In this document: positions 25,140 to 40,100 of the stretch, in pieces
How positions within the stretch are numbered: the first letter of the stretch is position 1
Layout: each line of letters begins with the position of its first letter
Assembly (NCBI GenBank): GCA_013239625.1
Contig: MU054220.1
Coordinates: 485,269 to 548,858, forward strand
Direction of reading: 5' to 3'
Length of the DNA stretch: 63,590 nt
Source: Lama guanicoe
Lineage: Eukaryota
Made by a program: the position numbers and the translations under genes
Notes under the pieces: model-generated
The model's database searches: none
Seen by the model: the letters and a program-made list of their open reading frames with translations, nothing else
What the model was told of the DNA's origin: nothing

Positions 25140-25300
25140 CTAATATTTATTGAATGTATAATACTTTCTAGGCACTGTTCTAAGACATTTCATAAATAAT
25201 AATTTTTAATTCAAAAAATCACCATATACAGAGGTATTATCTTTATTTCAATTTTACAGATAGGTAAACTGAGGCACAGAAATGAAACTGTCACTTGCCG
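25140..25300 (-). mobile_element. MIR SINE relic (one of several MIR-like patches)
   Basis: aggcactgttctaag...ttttacagataggtaaactgaggcacaga is the reverse complement of the MIR core. Confidence 0.7.
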
Positions 25301-27556
25301 ATATTGTAATTTTTATAGTCCCAATATACCACGTGGAGCGGGGAAGGCAGGAGGGAGGCAGACAGGTGTTTTCCCCAAATTCATGGAGACTCGCAATCGG
25401 AATCTGGGGAGATCTTCAGAGATGATCTAACCCAGCTCCTTTATTTTATGAATGGAAGCCCGAAATCCTAGGGAGTAAACAGTTAAACAACAACATGGGA
25501 GAAAAAACTAGGTATCATTGTCCACGGATACAGTGTATTTGCTAGATGATTACCTGGAATGGAAGTATATCTAAGTGTATCTGCTTCTATTTGAAAGAAT
25601 TGAAGTGATTAAATTCTTTTCTGTAATCATGCTTGTGTGGGTGGATTCTCTAAAAAAGTAACAAGAGGAAATGATTGAGAAAAGCAGGCTACATCATTTT
25701 TATTGTGTTGTGTTTGTGAGAACTATTTTGGAATTAGCAGAGCCCACTCCCCTGTATACTATTTCCAACCTAGGCAACCATAATTGATTGCCTGTTAAGA
25801 TGTGATTCAGGTAACTTTTTCTGAAAATTAACTTATTTTGAAAGAGTAGATAGGCAGAAATAAATGAGAAATTAAAGAAATACATTTATATTGCTGTTCA
25901 TATTCTCTACTGCACACCCAGAGTCAGTATTGTGGCAACAACATTCAAAGTTACGTAATGCTTTGGAATTTTCCGAGTCCTAGTTGGTTTGTTTTCCATT
26001 GCAAGACCTTTGGTATTATTAAAATTAAAATATTCTTATTTGTTTAGCACATTTGAACAGAGCTTGCAGGTCTTACCAATCATTCAACTGCAAGAAACCT
26101 GAAATAATCAATGCACTTTTGTTTCTCAATAAATTTTCACTTAGGTTTATATATTTATAATTATGAACTCCTGGTCTTAGCTTCCTATAACAACCTAAGT
26201 GGGCTTCCAGACTCTAATAGGCTAGGCCCTATTCTTAAATATTTAATCTTCATTCAAAGGATAAATGGATAATCATATTTATCAAGATACTTTCAAGTTA
26301 ATTTAAATCACTATCATTAGTAATGTAAAATGCATTTTTATTTATAAACTATTCCTTTCTTCTAAAAATAAATATCAGTTCATGGTAAAATTTTTGGAAA
26401 ATAAAAAGGAACGTAAGTTGGAAAATTAAAATTCCCAAGTTTAACCATCATAAAAAAGCCATTTTTAAAAGCTTATTTAAATATTTAAATGAATTCCTCT
26501 TGGATATAACATGATAGTTAAACAAAATAATTTTTGAACTTTGGATATTTCCTACAAAGAAGCAACACTGACTATAATATAATTCTAAAATTAAAAAAGG
26601 TAAATTTTTTTTCAACTTGATGTCTCTTAATTAGCATTAAGTTTAATTTTGCTTATAGTAGCACTGCCCAATTTAATATAAAAAGCAAAAGGCATCAATG
26701 ATTCATAAACATGTTCTAATTCATTTAAAATTTATTGAATCAAAAAAATCAAAAAGAAAAAAAAAATGAATCCAAGAATGAAGTTTTAAAACTAAAACTG
26801 ACTTTACTATAGCTCTGTAAGAGAAATACAGGCAAATAGAAAAAGCAGAATTGTAGATACATTATCCAATACATGCTGCAAATAACTGTAAAGAAACGTA
26901 AAAGTCTCATGGAGTCATTTACATAGCTATTTCCTCTTGTAAGTTGAAAAAAAATGAGTCAATTTATAACAGCACTTTGTTCCTCAGTTCCATCACGAAT
27001 TACTGACTAACGGATAATGGTTATTTCTAACATTGCACTATCCCTTCAGAATCATAGCACGTTGTCTACTTCACAGTTTTTTACTTAATTAATACTTATT
27101 TGACATTGACTATATGCCAAGCACTGTGAAAACCACCTGTACGCCCTACACTGATTCTGTGATCTCATTAGGTGCTATTTAATCAGGCAAGTTCTGTGGT
27201 TACCTCCCTGGTACATCCTAAAATGGATTATGTGTTCGCCCTATTCAACACTATGAAAAATTATCTCAGTCTTTTTATTCTTGACAAAGATAATTTCCGG
27301 CTTCCTCACAAAATAATTTAAATTACACTCAGCCTGGAACTTGGTCACTGTACTCGTAGCCATTGCAAGAGTCTTGGCACTGGGTGTTCAAAAGAGCTTT
27401 GTGACGTGAATGAGTGATTCCAGTGGAGCTCGAAATGACATAGATCTTTAAAAACGCATTCGTGCCATTTCAATTAGATGTTAGCTTTCCATTTTCTCAT
27501 CAACGATTTGCTTCATCACTTTTGTCACTCCAGATAACTTTCTTGAACATCAGAGC

Positions 27557-28490
27557 ATGGGAAACAGAAATAATATTACTGAATTTATTCTGTTGGGATT
27601 TTCTAAGAACGAGGAAGCCCGGATTCTCTGCTTTTTGTTTTTCTTACTCTGCTACCTCGCTATTTGGTTGGGAAATTTGCTCATCGTGGTTTCTATCACA
27701 CGCAGTCAGCTGATCAACCAGCCCATGTATTTCTTAATTACCTTGCGCTCTCAGACCTCTTCTATGCCTCCACCGTGACGCCCAAGCTCATGACTGACTT
27801 ACTGACAGAGAGGAAGGTCATTTCCTGTAAAAACTGCATGACACAGCTTTTCCCCACACACTTCTTTGGGGGCATCGAGGTCTTCAACCTCACAGGGATG
27901 GCTTATGACCGCTACGTGGCCGTCTGCCAGCCCCTGCGCTACGCCGTCATCGTGAGCAGGAAGAGGTGTAACTCCCTTCTCATGGCACCAGCTGCAGCGG
28001 GGTTTCTGCATTCCCTTGGCCTGCTTCTCCTGACAATCTTTCTGCCTTTCTGTGGCCCCAATGAAATCGATCACTAGTTCTGTGCTGTGTATCCTTTGTT
28101 GAAACTGGCCTGCACTGATATGCACAAAATTGGGTTTTTAGTCATAGCCAGTTCCGGCCTGATGGGACTGGTGATCTTCGTGGCTTTGATGGCCTCCTAC
28201 TTTACGATACTGTATAATGTGCACGCATATTCTGCCGAAAGCCGCCACAAAGCCCTTTCCATCTGCAGTTCCCACATCACGGTTGTGATCCTCTTTTTTT
28301 ACCGGTCATCTTTGTTTACATTAGACCTGCCACAACTTTACCAGAAAATAAAGTGTTTATGCTCTTCTACACAATTATTGTCCCCATGCTCAACCCTCTT
28401 GTCTACACACTGAGGAACATGGAGATGAAAAATGCCATAAGGAGAGTTTGGTGCAATGAAAAGCTTTGGGAAAGGAAGCCAATGATTTGA
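27557..28490 (+). pseudogene. OR4P-like pseudogene with three lesions
   Basis: Starts [16 protein letters not shown]. 4-bp deletion in PMYF(F)L near 27733, TAG at 28075-28077 (IDH*FC), 1-bp deletion near 28300. Ancestral frame ends ...ERKPMI-TGA at 28490. Confidence 0.93.
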
Positions 28491-28670
28491 AGGCCGTTCA
28501 TCTTTTGATGCCAACAGCTGACTCCTCATCACACCCACTTTCCTTGATTCCGTCCTGCCGACGGGGAACTCAGTCAGGACGAGGGGAAAGCCATGCCTTC
28601 ATCAACAGCCTGCCTTCAGTGATGTCCCTCTTTCACACATCTTACTTGATGTGTTTCTCTCTCTCTCTCT

Positions 28671-28840
28671 TTTTTTTAATTGAAGCATAGTCAGTTTACA
28701 ATGTTGTGTCAGTTTCTGGTGTACAGCACAGTAGTTCAGTCACACATAAACATGCACATATTCGTTTTCATATCCTTTTTCACTATAGGTTACTCCACGA
28801 TACTGATGTAGTTCCCTGTGCTGTACAGTAGAAACTTGTT
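28671..28840 (-). mobile_element. Short L1 3' end
   Basis: T tract then ttgaagcatagtcagtttacaatgttgtgtc...gttccctgtgctgtacag. TSD-like ttgatgtgtttc / ttgatgtgcttc. Confidence 0.8.
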
Positions 28841-31800
28841 GATGTGCTTCCCTTGATTCCATTTTTCACTGCATTTTAAGTTCCATGAAAGTAGGGATCA
28901 CGTTATATTTATTCCACTGGTCATTTCCTGGTAGCAGGCCAAGTGCACAGCACAAATTAGGAGCCTAATATATATACGTATTGAATGAATCTGTGAATAT
29001 CTTGTCCCATAGCCCTGCTTTTCATCCCTTTTAGGAGTCACCTTCATGGTTTAATTACCAGCTTGGACACTAAATGCCACCCTTTTGCTGATATGTATTC
29101 CTCTTTACTGATATCTCTACTTCAATATGTTTTCACTTCATACAGACAGGCATGACTGTGGATAAGACAGGATTCCATCCTGGAGCCAATCAGCCAGATG
29201 AGACAGCAGAGACCAGGAAACACAGCAGAGGACTGGGTTCATTCTTGCAGATTTATTCATACGGTCTTATTTCAGTTGTCCAACAAAGTTTGAATATATG
29301 ATAAGTTTGTTATTCATGAAGTCCTTTCTTAGAAGAAAAACAGCCAGTTTATATGAAAGTAGTCAAATCACACACACAGAAGTACATACATACAGACAGA
29401 CAGACACACACTCTCCAAATTAAGACTTCTAACTGAATTTTTTTTCTTTTCCCATTGGTGCTAAAAAAAAAAGCTGTGTATGACAAAAGACAGTCTATGT
29501 GCCTTTAAAGTTTAAAATTTCTATTTTAAAACATGCTATCTCAATCAACTTTATATTTTTTCTATAACCCAAATCACTACATAACTTTATATGAAACAAT
29601 GGTAGCTTAAAATATTGAATAGTCAGTAATAGGATTCAATTCTTCCAAATTATAGACCAGTGATTTGTTTCTTTAACCTTAGACTTCTCTCTATAGCCAC
29701 TTGCCCTAGAAATAGATCACCATTTAATAACCATATTTACTTTTTATTTGGCATAATTTTTGCAACATAGATATGTGGTTATAAGAACGTCATTTTTCGG
29801 GCAGATATTGTCTTCTTTATTTCACATTAAAGCTAATTAGAACATGTTATTTTAGATAAGTAGCCAGAATAGTCAGCTAATACACCTCACCCTGAGGTGT
29901 CTCACACATGCAATCCCAGGCCATGCTAGACCCTCCCCAGATGCCCTAAGGAGGGGCAGGGGCAGGAACTGCCTCTCGCGGGGACCACAGAGCAGAGGGC
30001 AGAATAGCACCCAGGCTCTGCAGCCAGCACGTCCAGAAGAGAGAGGAGAGCCCAGAGCCACAGACACTATGTTTCTTCTTCTAAACTCATCACTTAGGGA
30101 TTTCCTCCTCCTACCCTGGGAAGGAGAAATAGAGGGCTTGCAAGAGAAAATAGTTATTTGATTCTAGTTGAAGACTCTGACATACAAAAACATACTCAGG
30201 AAAACAGTTTCTCTCCATTCCCTCTTTCCACCCACGCCCACCCCACAGAAATACCTAGCACCTTTCAATGGAGAATTCTTCCCTTTCTCCTGTTGTGTAA
30301 TGCCATCATCATCACCATCACATTACATATTCTGTGGACTATTTCTGGCCTGTCTCTTCTCCTCCACTAAACTACAGTGGCAGTGGAACGAAACTGGTAA
30401 CGCTGTTGTGATACACTGTTGTGTTTCACTTTCTGGGAAAACGAATCCCTGCCTGCACCCTCCTTTTTAGTTCTTTTTGTTGTTGTTTTTTCTCAAATTG
30501 TTGTAGTTACTATTGCTTGTTTGTCCTCCAGATGCGCTTTAGGGCAATTGTGTCAAATTCCAAAAATAACGATTGGGATTTGATAGTTATAAGTATCCAC
30601 TGACTTGGTAGAAATGTACATCTGATTGTCTTCATCCATTCAAGAACATACTATGCATATGTTTATTGAAGTCTTATATCCAGTGGGTAAAATACTGTCA
30701 CTCATTCAAATAAATCCTATGCACTTGTAATTGTTATTCTTAAGTATTTCATCTCTTTTGTTGCTGCATTTTTTCCCATTATGTTTCCTCACTGCTTATA
30801 GTCATTATATAGAAAGGACAGTCATTTTGAGATATTTAGCTTTATACATATGTGTGTATCTTTCATATGTCGATGTATTCTTGGCATTAATAGAAGAATA
30901 TAAAGTCACATCGCATATGCATTGGGCTCTCAAGTCAATGTATGAAATGAGCATCGAGTGGGGTCAAAATGATCCAACATCAGTCACTCAGCTAGTAAGT
31001 GGTCAAGTCTCAAACACCCAGCTAGGCAAGATGCATGCGCCCTCAGGTGTGCCTAAGAGCTGAAACCCACCTGAGAAAGAGCAGAAGACCATTCCACATT
31101 GCACGCACATGCCGGCGTGTCGGGTGGAACGTTGGTCGGGGCAGAATCTCCCATACTATTCAAATTATTTTCCCCGTTACCTTGTTTGCCTACTGTCTTT
31201 CCCAAAATCTATATTTGTGTCCTCACATGTTCAATACGCCTCTGAGATGACTCCACTGTCCTGCTTGATAAGTCTTGGAGGCTGGAGTCATGCTAGTTTA
31301 ACAGGTTTGACATTAACTATATATATATGATTAAGGACTAAACGGCAAGTGGCTTTTCTACAAAGAAGAAGAAAATAAAATCATGAAAATAAATGATTTT
31401 CCTCAAAGTAAAAGATTTTTTTCTTACTTTTCAAATAATCCTGAAATAGTATTTGACAGAAAATAGAGTAGATTTTGTGATGGAGTTTTTTGAATTACAC
31501 CTTCTCATAGAGAGGAAATTGAGATTTAGTTATTGAAAAATTTTTTTACAAAGGGAATGATTATAATCACATATTTATGAATTTTTCTCAACACCAGTGT
31601 TAAATTTTATTCTTAAATTCTAAATTTATCACCTTTTTTGGCCAATGCAATTACTTTTTGCAGTCTATATTTTCCAGTAGCTGAATCTTATATGTTTTTA
31701 AGGATTTCTCACTTAGAAACATAAAGTTCTTCTTGGAAATCTTTCTTCCATCCTTGTTACTGGCTTTAATGAGTAGCTTGCTTCATTGTCACAGTAGTTT

Positions 31801-32169
31801 TACCTTCTCATAACTTTGATCTCTTCTCTCGTTCTCTTTTATAACTAGTTTATTCCTTTGCCAGCCACTTCTCGATTTCCGAGTATAGGAAACCCTTCTC
31901 CTCAAACTTTGCTCTCTGTGCTTGTTTTATTATGTTACTTTTTCATTCAGGATTCCTGGAGAATCTCTGAATTTGCCTGTAAAATAGCTGAAGTTTCTTT
32001 ATTACCCTGACAATGTATGAGAGAATGTACCTTTGTGTCAAGCTGTGGGAATCAGTCCATAGAACTGAGAGCCAGTGTTCCACAAACGTGCCCACTGTCA
32101 GCCAGTGAGAGCCCAAAACTCAAACCTGGCACCCGTTCCTTGTAAGGCTCACCAGCAGTATGCCTGGAG

Positions 32170-32608
32170 TTTGGGGGTTCCTCTCACCACTTCTAAGCAT
32201 GGATAAAACATGAAGCTGTGGAATGTGAAGTCATCAGTCTGAGGGCCCATGAAAGAAATAAATGATGCAATTCAGAATCCATGAGTGAAGGTGAACACTG
32301 AGCAAGGAGAACCGTGGGGTGGGAGCAACCCAGGCAGATAAACTCCCTGCCATTCCCCTGCTTCCATGGCTAGTTTCCCTGTGAGGTGGTCCTTGACTGC
32401 CCTCTGAGCCCTGATTAGAAAGCTGTGTGTGATGTAACATTGTATTTAGCTCTGTAACACCTTCTGAGTATGAGTTCTCCTCTCACCCCCGACATCACTT
32501 CCAGTTTCCTTCAAACCTCGTTCCCTGAAATGACATTTCTGAATAAACTGTTAGCACATACATTTTGTCTCAGGTTTTGTTCTCTAGGGAATCCAAGCCA
32601 ATTTAAGA
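32170..32608 (+). mobile_element. ERVL solo LTR, LTR16-like (5' boundary uncertain)
   Basis: 3' end aataaactgttagcac...tgtctcaggttttgttctctagggaatccaagc resembles the LTR16 terminus. Confidence 0.6.
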
Positions 32609-35600
32609 ATACTTAGTGGTGGGGGGCGGGTTAAGAACATTCTTGTCATTATGAGAATTAAGAGGCGTATTTTACAATGGGTTAAGCTTTCACAAAATCA
32701 CAACAGCTCTTTGATAATAAGAGACTTTGGGTTAAACTGTCCATTTTAACTACAATACGGCCGTGAACAATGAAATCGTATCTGAAGGTGATCACACCAG
32801 TGGTTGAATCTATCTTGATTCTGTGGGCAGTATGAGCCCTCTTAGTTTGGGTGGCAGAACAGCTATTTGCACAGGTGAAACAGCGGTTGGTCATCCTTCT
32901 GCCAGCACAAAACTGGATAAACCAGGCCTTTATTTTTGACTATGTCTGAACTACTTCATTTAAAGGCACAATTCATTTAGTTAGGTATGATAAGCCCCTC
33001 ACTGAAAGGTAAAGTCTGCACTTCACGTGTGAAAAGAGCGCCCACAAACCCTCCTGGGACACTCAGAGCTCGCGGAGCGCCAGCCTTAGAGGCAGTAACA
33101 GATTTTGCTCGTTCAAGGGCAGGCCCTGAACTTTAAGATCTTCCCCCAAGATCTGGAGGATGAGCAGCCCCGTTGGCACTGAAGCCAAACGGGGGGTGGG
33201 GGGACTCATGGAAAGTAGTGATACAGGGAAAAAACAGTTACAGCAATACAGAAACAAGCACATATGCAGACTCCTTTCAGAAACTATATACCTGGCCTAC
33301 AGCCCTAGATTTTTTTTTTTTTTACCAAATAAACCAGAGTTGTGTGTGTGTGTATGTTTGTAAACCACTGTTATTGTACCTAAGTGAGGAGAACACACAG
33401 ATCCAAGCAGAACATCACAGTGTGAAGCCCAGTCCCATTGTCTCCACGGCACGTGGCTGTGAAGAGCAAGTCACGCGGGATCTGCCCGTGAAGCGCCGTC
33501 CCCGACACACGCGCATATTGGAATGTGTAACTCACGCTGTCTTAACTGGTTCCACATTGTCTATAGGATCAAGGAGTGAACAAAGAAGGAAATATAAATC
33601 CTTCAAAATAAGTGATTTTTTTCAAAGTAAAAGATTTTCACCTACTATCTAAATCCAAGCTTAAAATAATCCTAAAATGACATGTGACATAACACAGGTC
33701 TGATTCAGGGACTGGGGATATATAGTTATGCGAGAAGGTGAGAGAAAATGGAATTTTTGAGCAATTCTCTGATGAAATTTGATGGAATTAAGAGTGTTTT
33801 TGGAGAAATTTGAGTCATTCACTCAATGTGTTTTGCTTAAAAATTAAACCAGATATTCCTCAGCTTTATCTAAAAATTGCATCCAATTCTATCTTCTGCT
33901 TTTTTTCCTGTACATGCCACTACTGAGAATGAAATCTTTGATCTGGCCTTTATGCAGACTTCCCACCTGCTGGCAAGCTTGAAATAAAACTTTGATGGTT
34001 TCCATCAAATTTTATGAGATTTTTAAAATTCCTTTAGCTGACTGCTTAACTTTCTCTATACTTTGCAGTTTGATGCTTAGAAAAATTTTAATCTGCTGAG
34101 TTTCAGTTTACCCATCTGTAAAATAAAGCAGATAATTAGGTCATTATTTCAAAGGTAGAGTTCATAGAGCTTTTTAAGACAAAAACTTATCACAAATATC
34201 TTGTGTTGATTGAAATGCTATTTTATTATAATGTTGCTTAAACATGAGCGAACATAAGCCACAAAAATCGTCTGCTTATAGTTCTAATGTAATGAAAACA
34301 TTATTGTACAAAATGAATGTTTGTGTTAAAATTCTTAGATGTTTCACAAGTTAATTTACAGATACTAAAATAATTAGAACAATAGCAAAATGATTTTGAG
34401 CAGTTTCTGTTCTAAGAAAAATACTGCTCATTTTTTTTTCAGCATCATAATTACCTTATAAGATACTTACTACTAGCTGTAAATTACAGAGGAACAAAAA
34501 GAGGAGGAAAACACAGTTGCATTTCCAGGGCCCCTAAGCTCAGAGGATGTTATTCATCTGCATGTTGAGTGTTCAGCTGTCACCAGCTTCACATTTTTTA
34601 TTTTCAGAGTGATGAATCATTTGAATCATCATTGCCATCTCTGCCATTAGTATAACTTTCTAGTAACTCAATAATTTATAATAACCATCATTTTATAGGA
34701 CAATAAATTTCAGTTTAACTCAAAATGAAGTATTAAAAATAAGACCTTTGTTAACAATTTCCTCATTGCTTCGAGTTACCTTTAATGAAATAATGCAAAC
34801 TGGCATGCATCATGGTGTAGACGGAATAATAATTTCACTAAAGATTCCGTTAGGTTATCAACTGCTCTAATAACAATTCGTACACAAACATGCCCCTTGA
34901 AAGGACAAGTCTCCAATCATATTTCTCCATCTGAACTTCTCTAAAATGTTTTAGCACACACTGTGCTAGGACATTATTTTATATTTTCGTATGTGTATTC
35001 ATTTATATATTCAGTTTGTTTGTACATTTTCTCCTTCACACATGCAACATAATACATCATTCCATCCCATCATGTTATTTTCATGATGTCCAGTGAATCC
35101 CATTTTATTAAAGAATTAATAAAAAAGTTATCTAATTCAATTATTTGAAAAAACTTCTCAGTTCTATAATGGATATCCAGATGTGTATAAGTTCTATAGA
35201 AACTGGAAATTTGTAGCCTTCATTTTGATGGTAATGGAAAACAAAATTAAGCATACACTAAACTAAGTAGTTTCAGTACCAGCGTTTACATTTGTTTTGA
35301 CAATTCCATTAGCTTCAACTGAGATTACATGCAGATTCCACAGTGTCCCCGCCACTAACCTTTTCACTATTGTCCACACGTATCATTGAAAAGTACATAG
35401 ACATCCTGCTTTCCTCAAAAATCCAATTTTATGTCTATTATTTCAGCATAATTCTTATTAAGACTCCCCTTTTTACACTCAAATTGTCTCAATTTGGACA
35501 ATAAATAATATGGCTACATTATTTATTACCAAAATACTTTTTATTACTATATGAAGGAATTTTTAATAGTAAAATTTTATATAATTATTAATATTTTGTG

Positions 35601-36203
35601 ATTTTAAAATGATTTCACTAAAATCACTTTAGAAAAATCTTCCATTTTTATATAGTGATTATTTCTTACATAAATCATGTTTTATTTTGTTTAGATCCTA
35701 GATAACTAATTTTTACTTTTTAAGTAGCTGCAGTGAATATGGGAAATCATGGGCTGAGTAGAAAATATGACGTTAAATTTCTGATGCTCTTTTTTGATGA
35801 GAGATCGGGGGAATAACCAGGTCATCTGGACCCTTTTGGTCTGGGATGTGCAATGTGAGTGTAGCTTACATATATTTGGAGATTCATTCATGGAACTAAA
35901 ATAGGGAATCTGGAAAGGTGACTTTCAGTTCACAACTTACGGAAAAAAACCCAAAGGGAAAAAAATATCAAAATAAAATGTAACAGAGTTTCAACAAGGA
36001 AATGATGACTCAGATTACAGAAAGATGTAAATAAGAAACAGGGATGGATAGAAAAAGAAAACAGTGCTTCAATGTAAATTGTAATATTAATGAACTGACG
36101 CTAGTGTCTGTCTGTTTTCCCTACGGCAAAGTTCATTGTTTAATAAACTTAAGTAAGCAAATATCACGTGAATAAAGCATGTAATGAGGAGGGAAAGTGC
36201 CTT

Positions 36204-37136
36204 TCAGATGATATGCCTTCCAAGCAAAAATGGTTTCTGGCACCACACTTTCCTCAAGGCATTTTTCATCTCCGTGTTTCTGAGGGTGTAGATCAGAGGG
36301 TTGAACATGGGGGCAATGATGGTGTAGAAAAGAGCAAACACTTTGTCTTCTGGCAGAGTGGTGGCCGGTCTGATGTAAATGAAGACAACAGGCACGAAGA
36401 ACAGGACCACAACTGTGATGTGGGAGCTGCACGTGGAAAGCGCTTTGCCACGGCTCTCTGCGGGGTAAGCCTTGACGGTGTGTAATATCAAAAGGTACGA
36501 CAGCATCAAGACCACAAAGGTCACCAAACCCATCGTGCCTGAATTGGCAACCACTAAGATCCCAACTCTGTAGGTGTCCGTGCAGGCCAGTTTCAGCAAA
36601 GGATACACATCACAGAAATAGTGATCTATTTCATTGGGGCCACAGAAAGGTAAGTTAATGGTGAGGAGACACTGGACAAAGGAATGCAGAAATGCCCCAG
36701 CACAACAAGCAATGACCACGGCATAACACCGCTGCCTGCTCATGACGACGGCGTAGTGGAGGGGTTGGCAGATGGCCACGTAGCGGTCGTAGGCCATCCC
36801 TGTGAGGATTAACACCTCAATCCCCCCAAAGAAGTGCATGGCAAAAAGTTGTGTCATGCAGCCAGTATAAGAAATCACATTACTTTCAGCCAGCAAGTCA
36901 GTGACTAACTTGGGCGTCACTGTTGAGGTGTAGCACAGATCTGAGAGAGCAAGGGAATTAAGGAAGAAATACATGGGTTGGTCATTTAGCTGACTACACG
37001 TGATAGAAACCATGATAAGGAAGTTTCCCATCCAAATAGCTATGTAACAAAGTAAGAAAAGCAGAAAGCACACGTTTTTAATTTTCTTATTCTGGGAAAG
37101 TCCCAGCAGAATAAATTCAGTGACATTGTTTTCCAT
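36204..37136 (-). CDS. Olfactory receptor, OR4P-like, 310 aa, intact
   Basis: [51 protein letters not shown]. Acceptor ttcttttttcag at 37169 and candidate upstream donor CTG|GTAAGT at 39100. Confidence 0.95.
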   Translation of the reverse strand: MENNVTEFILLGLSQNKKIKNVCFLLFLLCYIAIWMGNFLIMVSITCSQLNDQPMYFFLNSLALSDLCYTSTVTPKLVTDLLAESNVISYTGCMTQLFAMHFFGGIEVLILTGMAYDRYVAICQPLHYAVVMSRQRCYAVVIACCAGAFLHSFVQCLLTINLPFCGPNEIDHYFCDVYPLLKLACTDTYRVGILVVANSGTMGLVTFVVLMLSYLLILHTVKAYPAESRGKALSTCSSHITVVVLFFVPVVFIYIRPATTLPEDKVFALFYTIIAPMFNPLIYTLRNTEMKNALRKVWCQKPFLLGRHII

Positions 37137-40100
37137 GGACTAATGCAGGGAAAACTCAGCAGGTTTTCCTGAAAAAAGAAGATAATAGATGATCATAAAG
37201 AATCTTGACCAAGCATAATGTGAATCAGAGTGAGTGCTGTAGAAATGAATTCATTTATGGAATCAGATTCCTATACTCTAGTTTAAAATAATTGATTCTG
37301 AACTTTGTTGGGATAGGCTTACCATATAAATTACCAGGTTAATTTCTAGAGTGAAAGGGAATAATATTAATAGGGGCACTTGGTCAAGGCATAAACAAAG
37401 CCATATATTTATCTTCTATATAGATGCAGAGTGAGCCAAGGGAAGATACATTTATTTTCCTGGAGTAGCTCGCTTGATTGACAGGGTAAAATGTCTGGGC
37501 TCAAAGTGAAACAAGTGAGATGAGTCATGAAACTTCAATCTTTTGTTTTTAAACTGTGGAATTTGTATTCTTAAAATATTGTACTTCAATATTATTTGTA
37601 TGTTTATTTTTGCTGCAGCTATACAGCAAAAAACATTTATTATAATAAATACTTATTAAAATAAAATATTATTTTGTATTTTTCAAATATTTCACTTAAA
37701 TATTATCTTGATCATTGAATTGTTTGCATACAAAGCAAGTACTTCATTTGCCTCAGCTTAGTCCTGATGCTGGAAACATCACTGTATGTTTAACAGTATT
37801 ACAGAGAGCAATAAAAAAATGTGGTATCAGGTGAAGCTTAAGTCCTTAAGTCTTTAAGTCAAAAGAAATGAAGACATAATAATAATTAAATACATAAAAT
37901 TGAGATATTAGGTTGCCTCCAATACTAAGCCAGAACAATACATACAGATGTGAGTGGCACTTATGTGACACAGATTGGACCTCAATCATTGTTTATAATG
38001 AGAGAAGGATTGCACGAATTGGTAAAATATGATTTCACTCTTTTCTCTTGTTATTTTTAGAAGTGACTTGATGATTTCTTTCAGAAATAATGATCATTTT
38101 ATACACAGTACATCCCAAGGAACATTTTTAGAATATCACATATATACTTCATAATTCTGTAGTCAGAAATAACACATAAAAGTTATTTTTAAAAGGTGCT
38201 TTAGTTTTGGTCGAGGATAATTTCATTTCCAAGAATTACTTTGCCAATCTGCTTCTATAGTTATAAGACACCTTAAGTCCTTTCCAAGGATCTAAAATCA
38301 CTTTAATACTTAACTCACACAGCCCTTGAAGAAAAGCTTATTTTTATAGGGAAAAATACAAGTAGAAAAATTCCATTAATTCATAGGCAGGGAAGTTTGA
38401 AACTCTGTTTCTCTAGCCTTCTCTTTCAGGTTGACTAGATATCCTAGAAGCAGTTTTAAACATTTCACATGATTGAATCATCAGTCCTAACAAGGGTCCA
38501 GTGATCTTTTTATCATCTCACTTTAATGAAAATGAAACCAAGTACCCTTTACAATTTGGATAAACACTGATTGATACTAAAGGCTATTTTAATGCATCTT
38601 TTAATTATTTTCTCACTATCTCACTGTATACTTACTACACAGAGTAGCAGAGGAGGCAGGGGAAGAGTAATGAATCTCCACTCTGGTTCATTCCTTTCAT
38701 TTATTTTAATTTGTACCTATTTTTCTTTATTATTTTTCTTTTCTGCCTAAAATGTAAGACACGCATTTGATTAAGCTATCAATTCTTTTTACTTTTCTCT
38801 CACATACCCCATATGTGACTGAATGCTATAATTTCTTCATGAATTCCCCAAAATCATACCCCCCCCAAAATCTACTTCATTTTGACATCTACTGAGGCAT
38901 TGGACACCAATTATTCACTACATGTACTTAAGTAGTAGAAAGTTACTATATAAAATGCTTGTACAACTTGGAGAAAAAGGGGAATGAACATACAAAATCA
39001 GCATATTTATAGGCAAGTGTTTAATTTATCATATATATACAAACTTTAAATTTTTTGTATGGAAGTAATTATTATTTACTCTAAATTATTATTTACTTAC
39101 CAGACGATTATGTCATTAGATAAATTCCTTTATCTCTGAGTAAAAGGTGGCATTCAGTATTTTGGATATAGTCAGAATCTTAACTTCATTGCTAAAGATT
39201 AATGAATTTCAGCATGAAATCAGCTCATCTGAATCCTGGTTCTAGGACTTTCCTGTTTTCCTCATGGAAACTAGCATTCTCTCCTGATTTGTGAAACTAA
39301 AATGAAATAAAATCAGCACTGGCATTTATGTTGAATAATGCTTCTGTTTTCTATCCAATAGTTGTGATTCTGTGGCTGAAAATGTACATATAATCTTTCT
39401 GTTTAATTTCCAAGTGGCATTTAAAGTAGATTACCTGGGAGATTATAACCTCAAACCTCCCTGTCACTTTTTCTAAGGGATGAAACAGCTCCCAAAAGAA
39501 AAGCTGATCAATTTACAGCTGAAAATGATTTACTTGCTCTCATGTCCTTAAAAAGCATTTATGCCACAGTTAATAATCCCTCATCCACTGAGGAGTTTGA
39601 GCACAAACCAAGCACCTGCGTTCAATGTTGAGAAGCCATCAATCCTTTTTATGGAGACAAAATCTGAAAAAAAAAAAACCACTGGGGAACAAGGTTGAAC
39701 AGAGGTAAAATTAGAAAATACCAAAGAGAGCAAAGGCCACTGAAATCAGAACCAAGTTTTGAAGTTTGGTTTACTACTGAATGAATTGTTTGATAAGTGA
39801 ATGGAAAACTTCCTGTGTGTAACCTCAAATCTGAATGGCCCTGCTACCCCTCTAGTACCCACTAGTTGCTTTAATACCTACTTTTAAATTTTTATTTGTT
39901 TAAAATATCTAATTACCTTATTGCTGTAGATATTTAATTGAATTGCATTATCATCAGAAGAGGTGGTCAAAGTAATGTGGATTTGGAGAAAATTAATTTA
40001 TAGCATAACATGTGATGTTTAAAAATTAATCTCTGTGTGCATAAATGGAACGGACACTCGAGCGTCTCTGGTTTAGGTGAGTTATACCTGTCTGTGAGAG

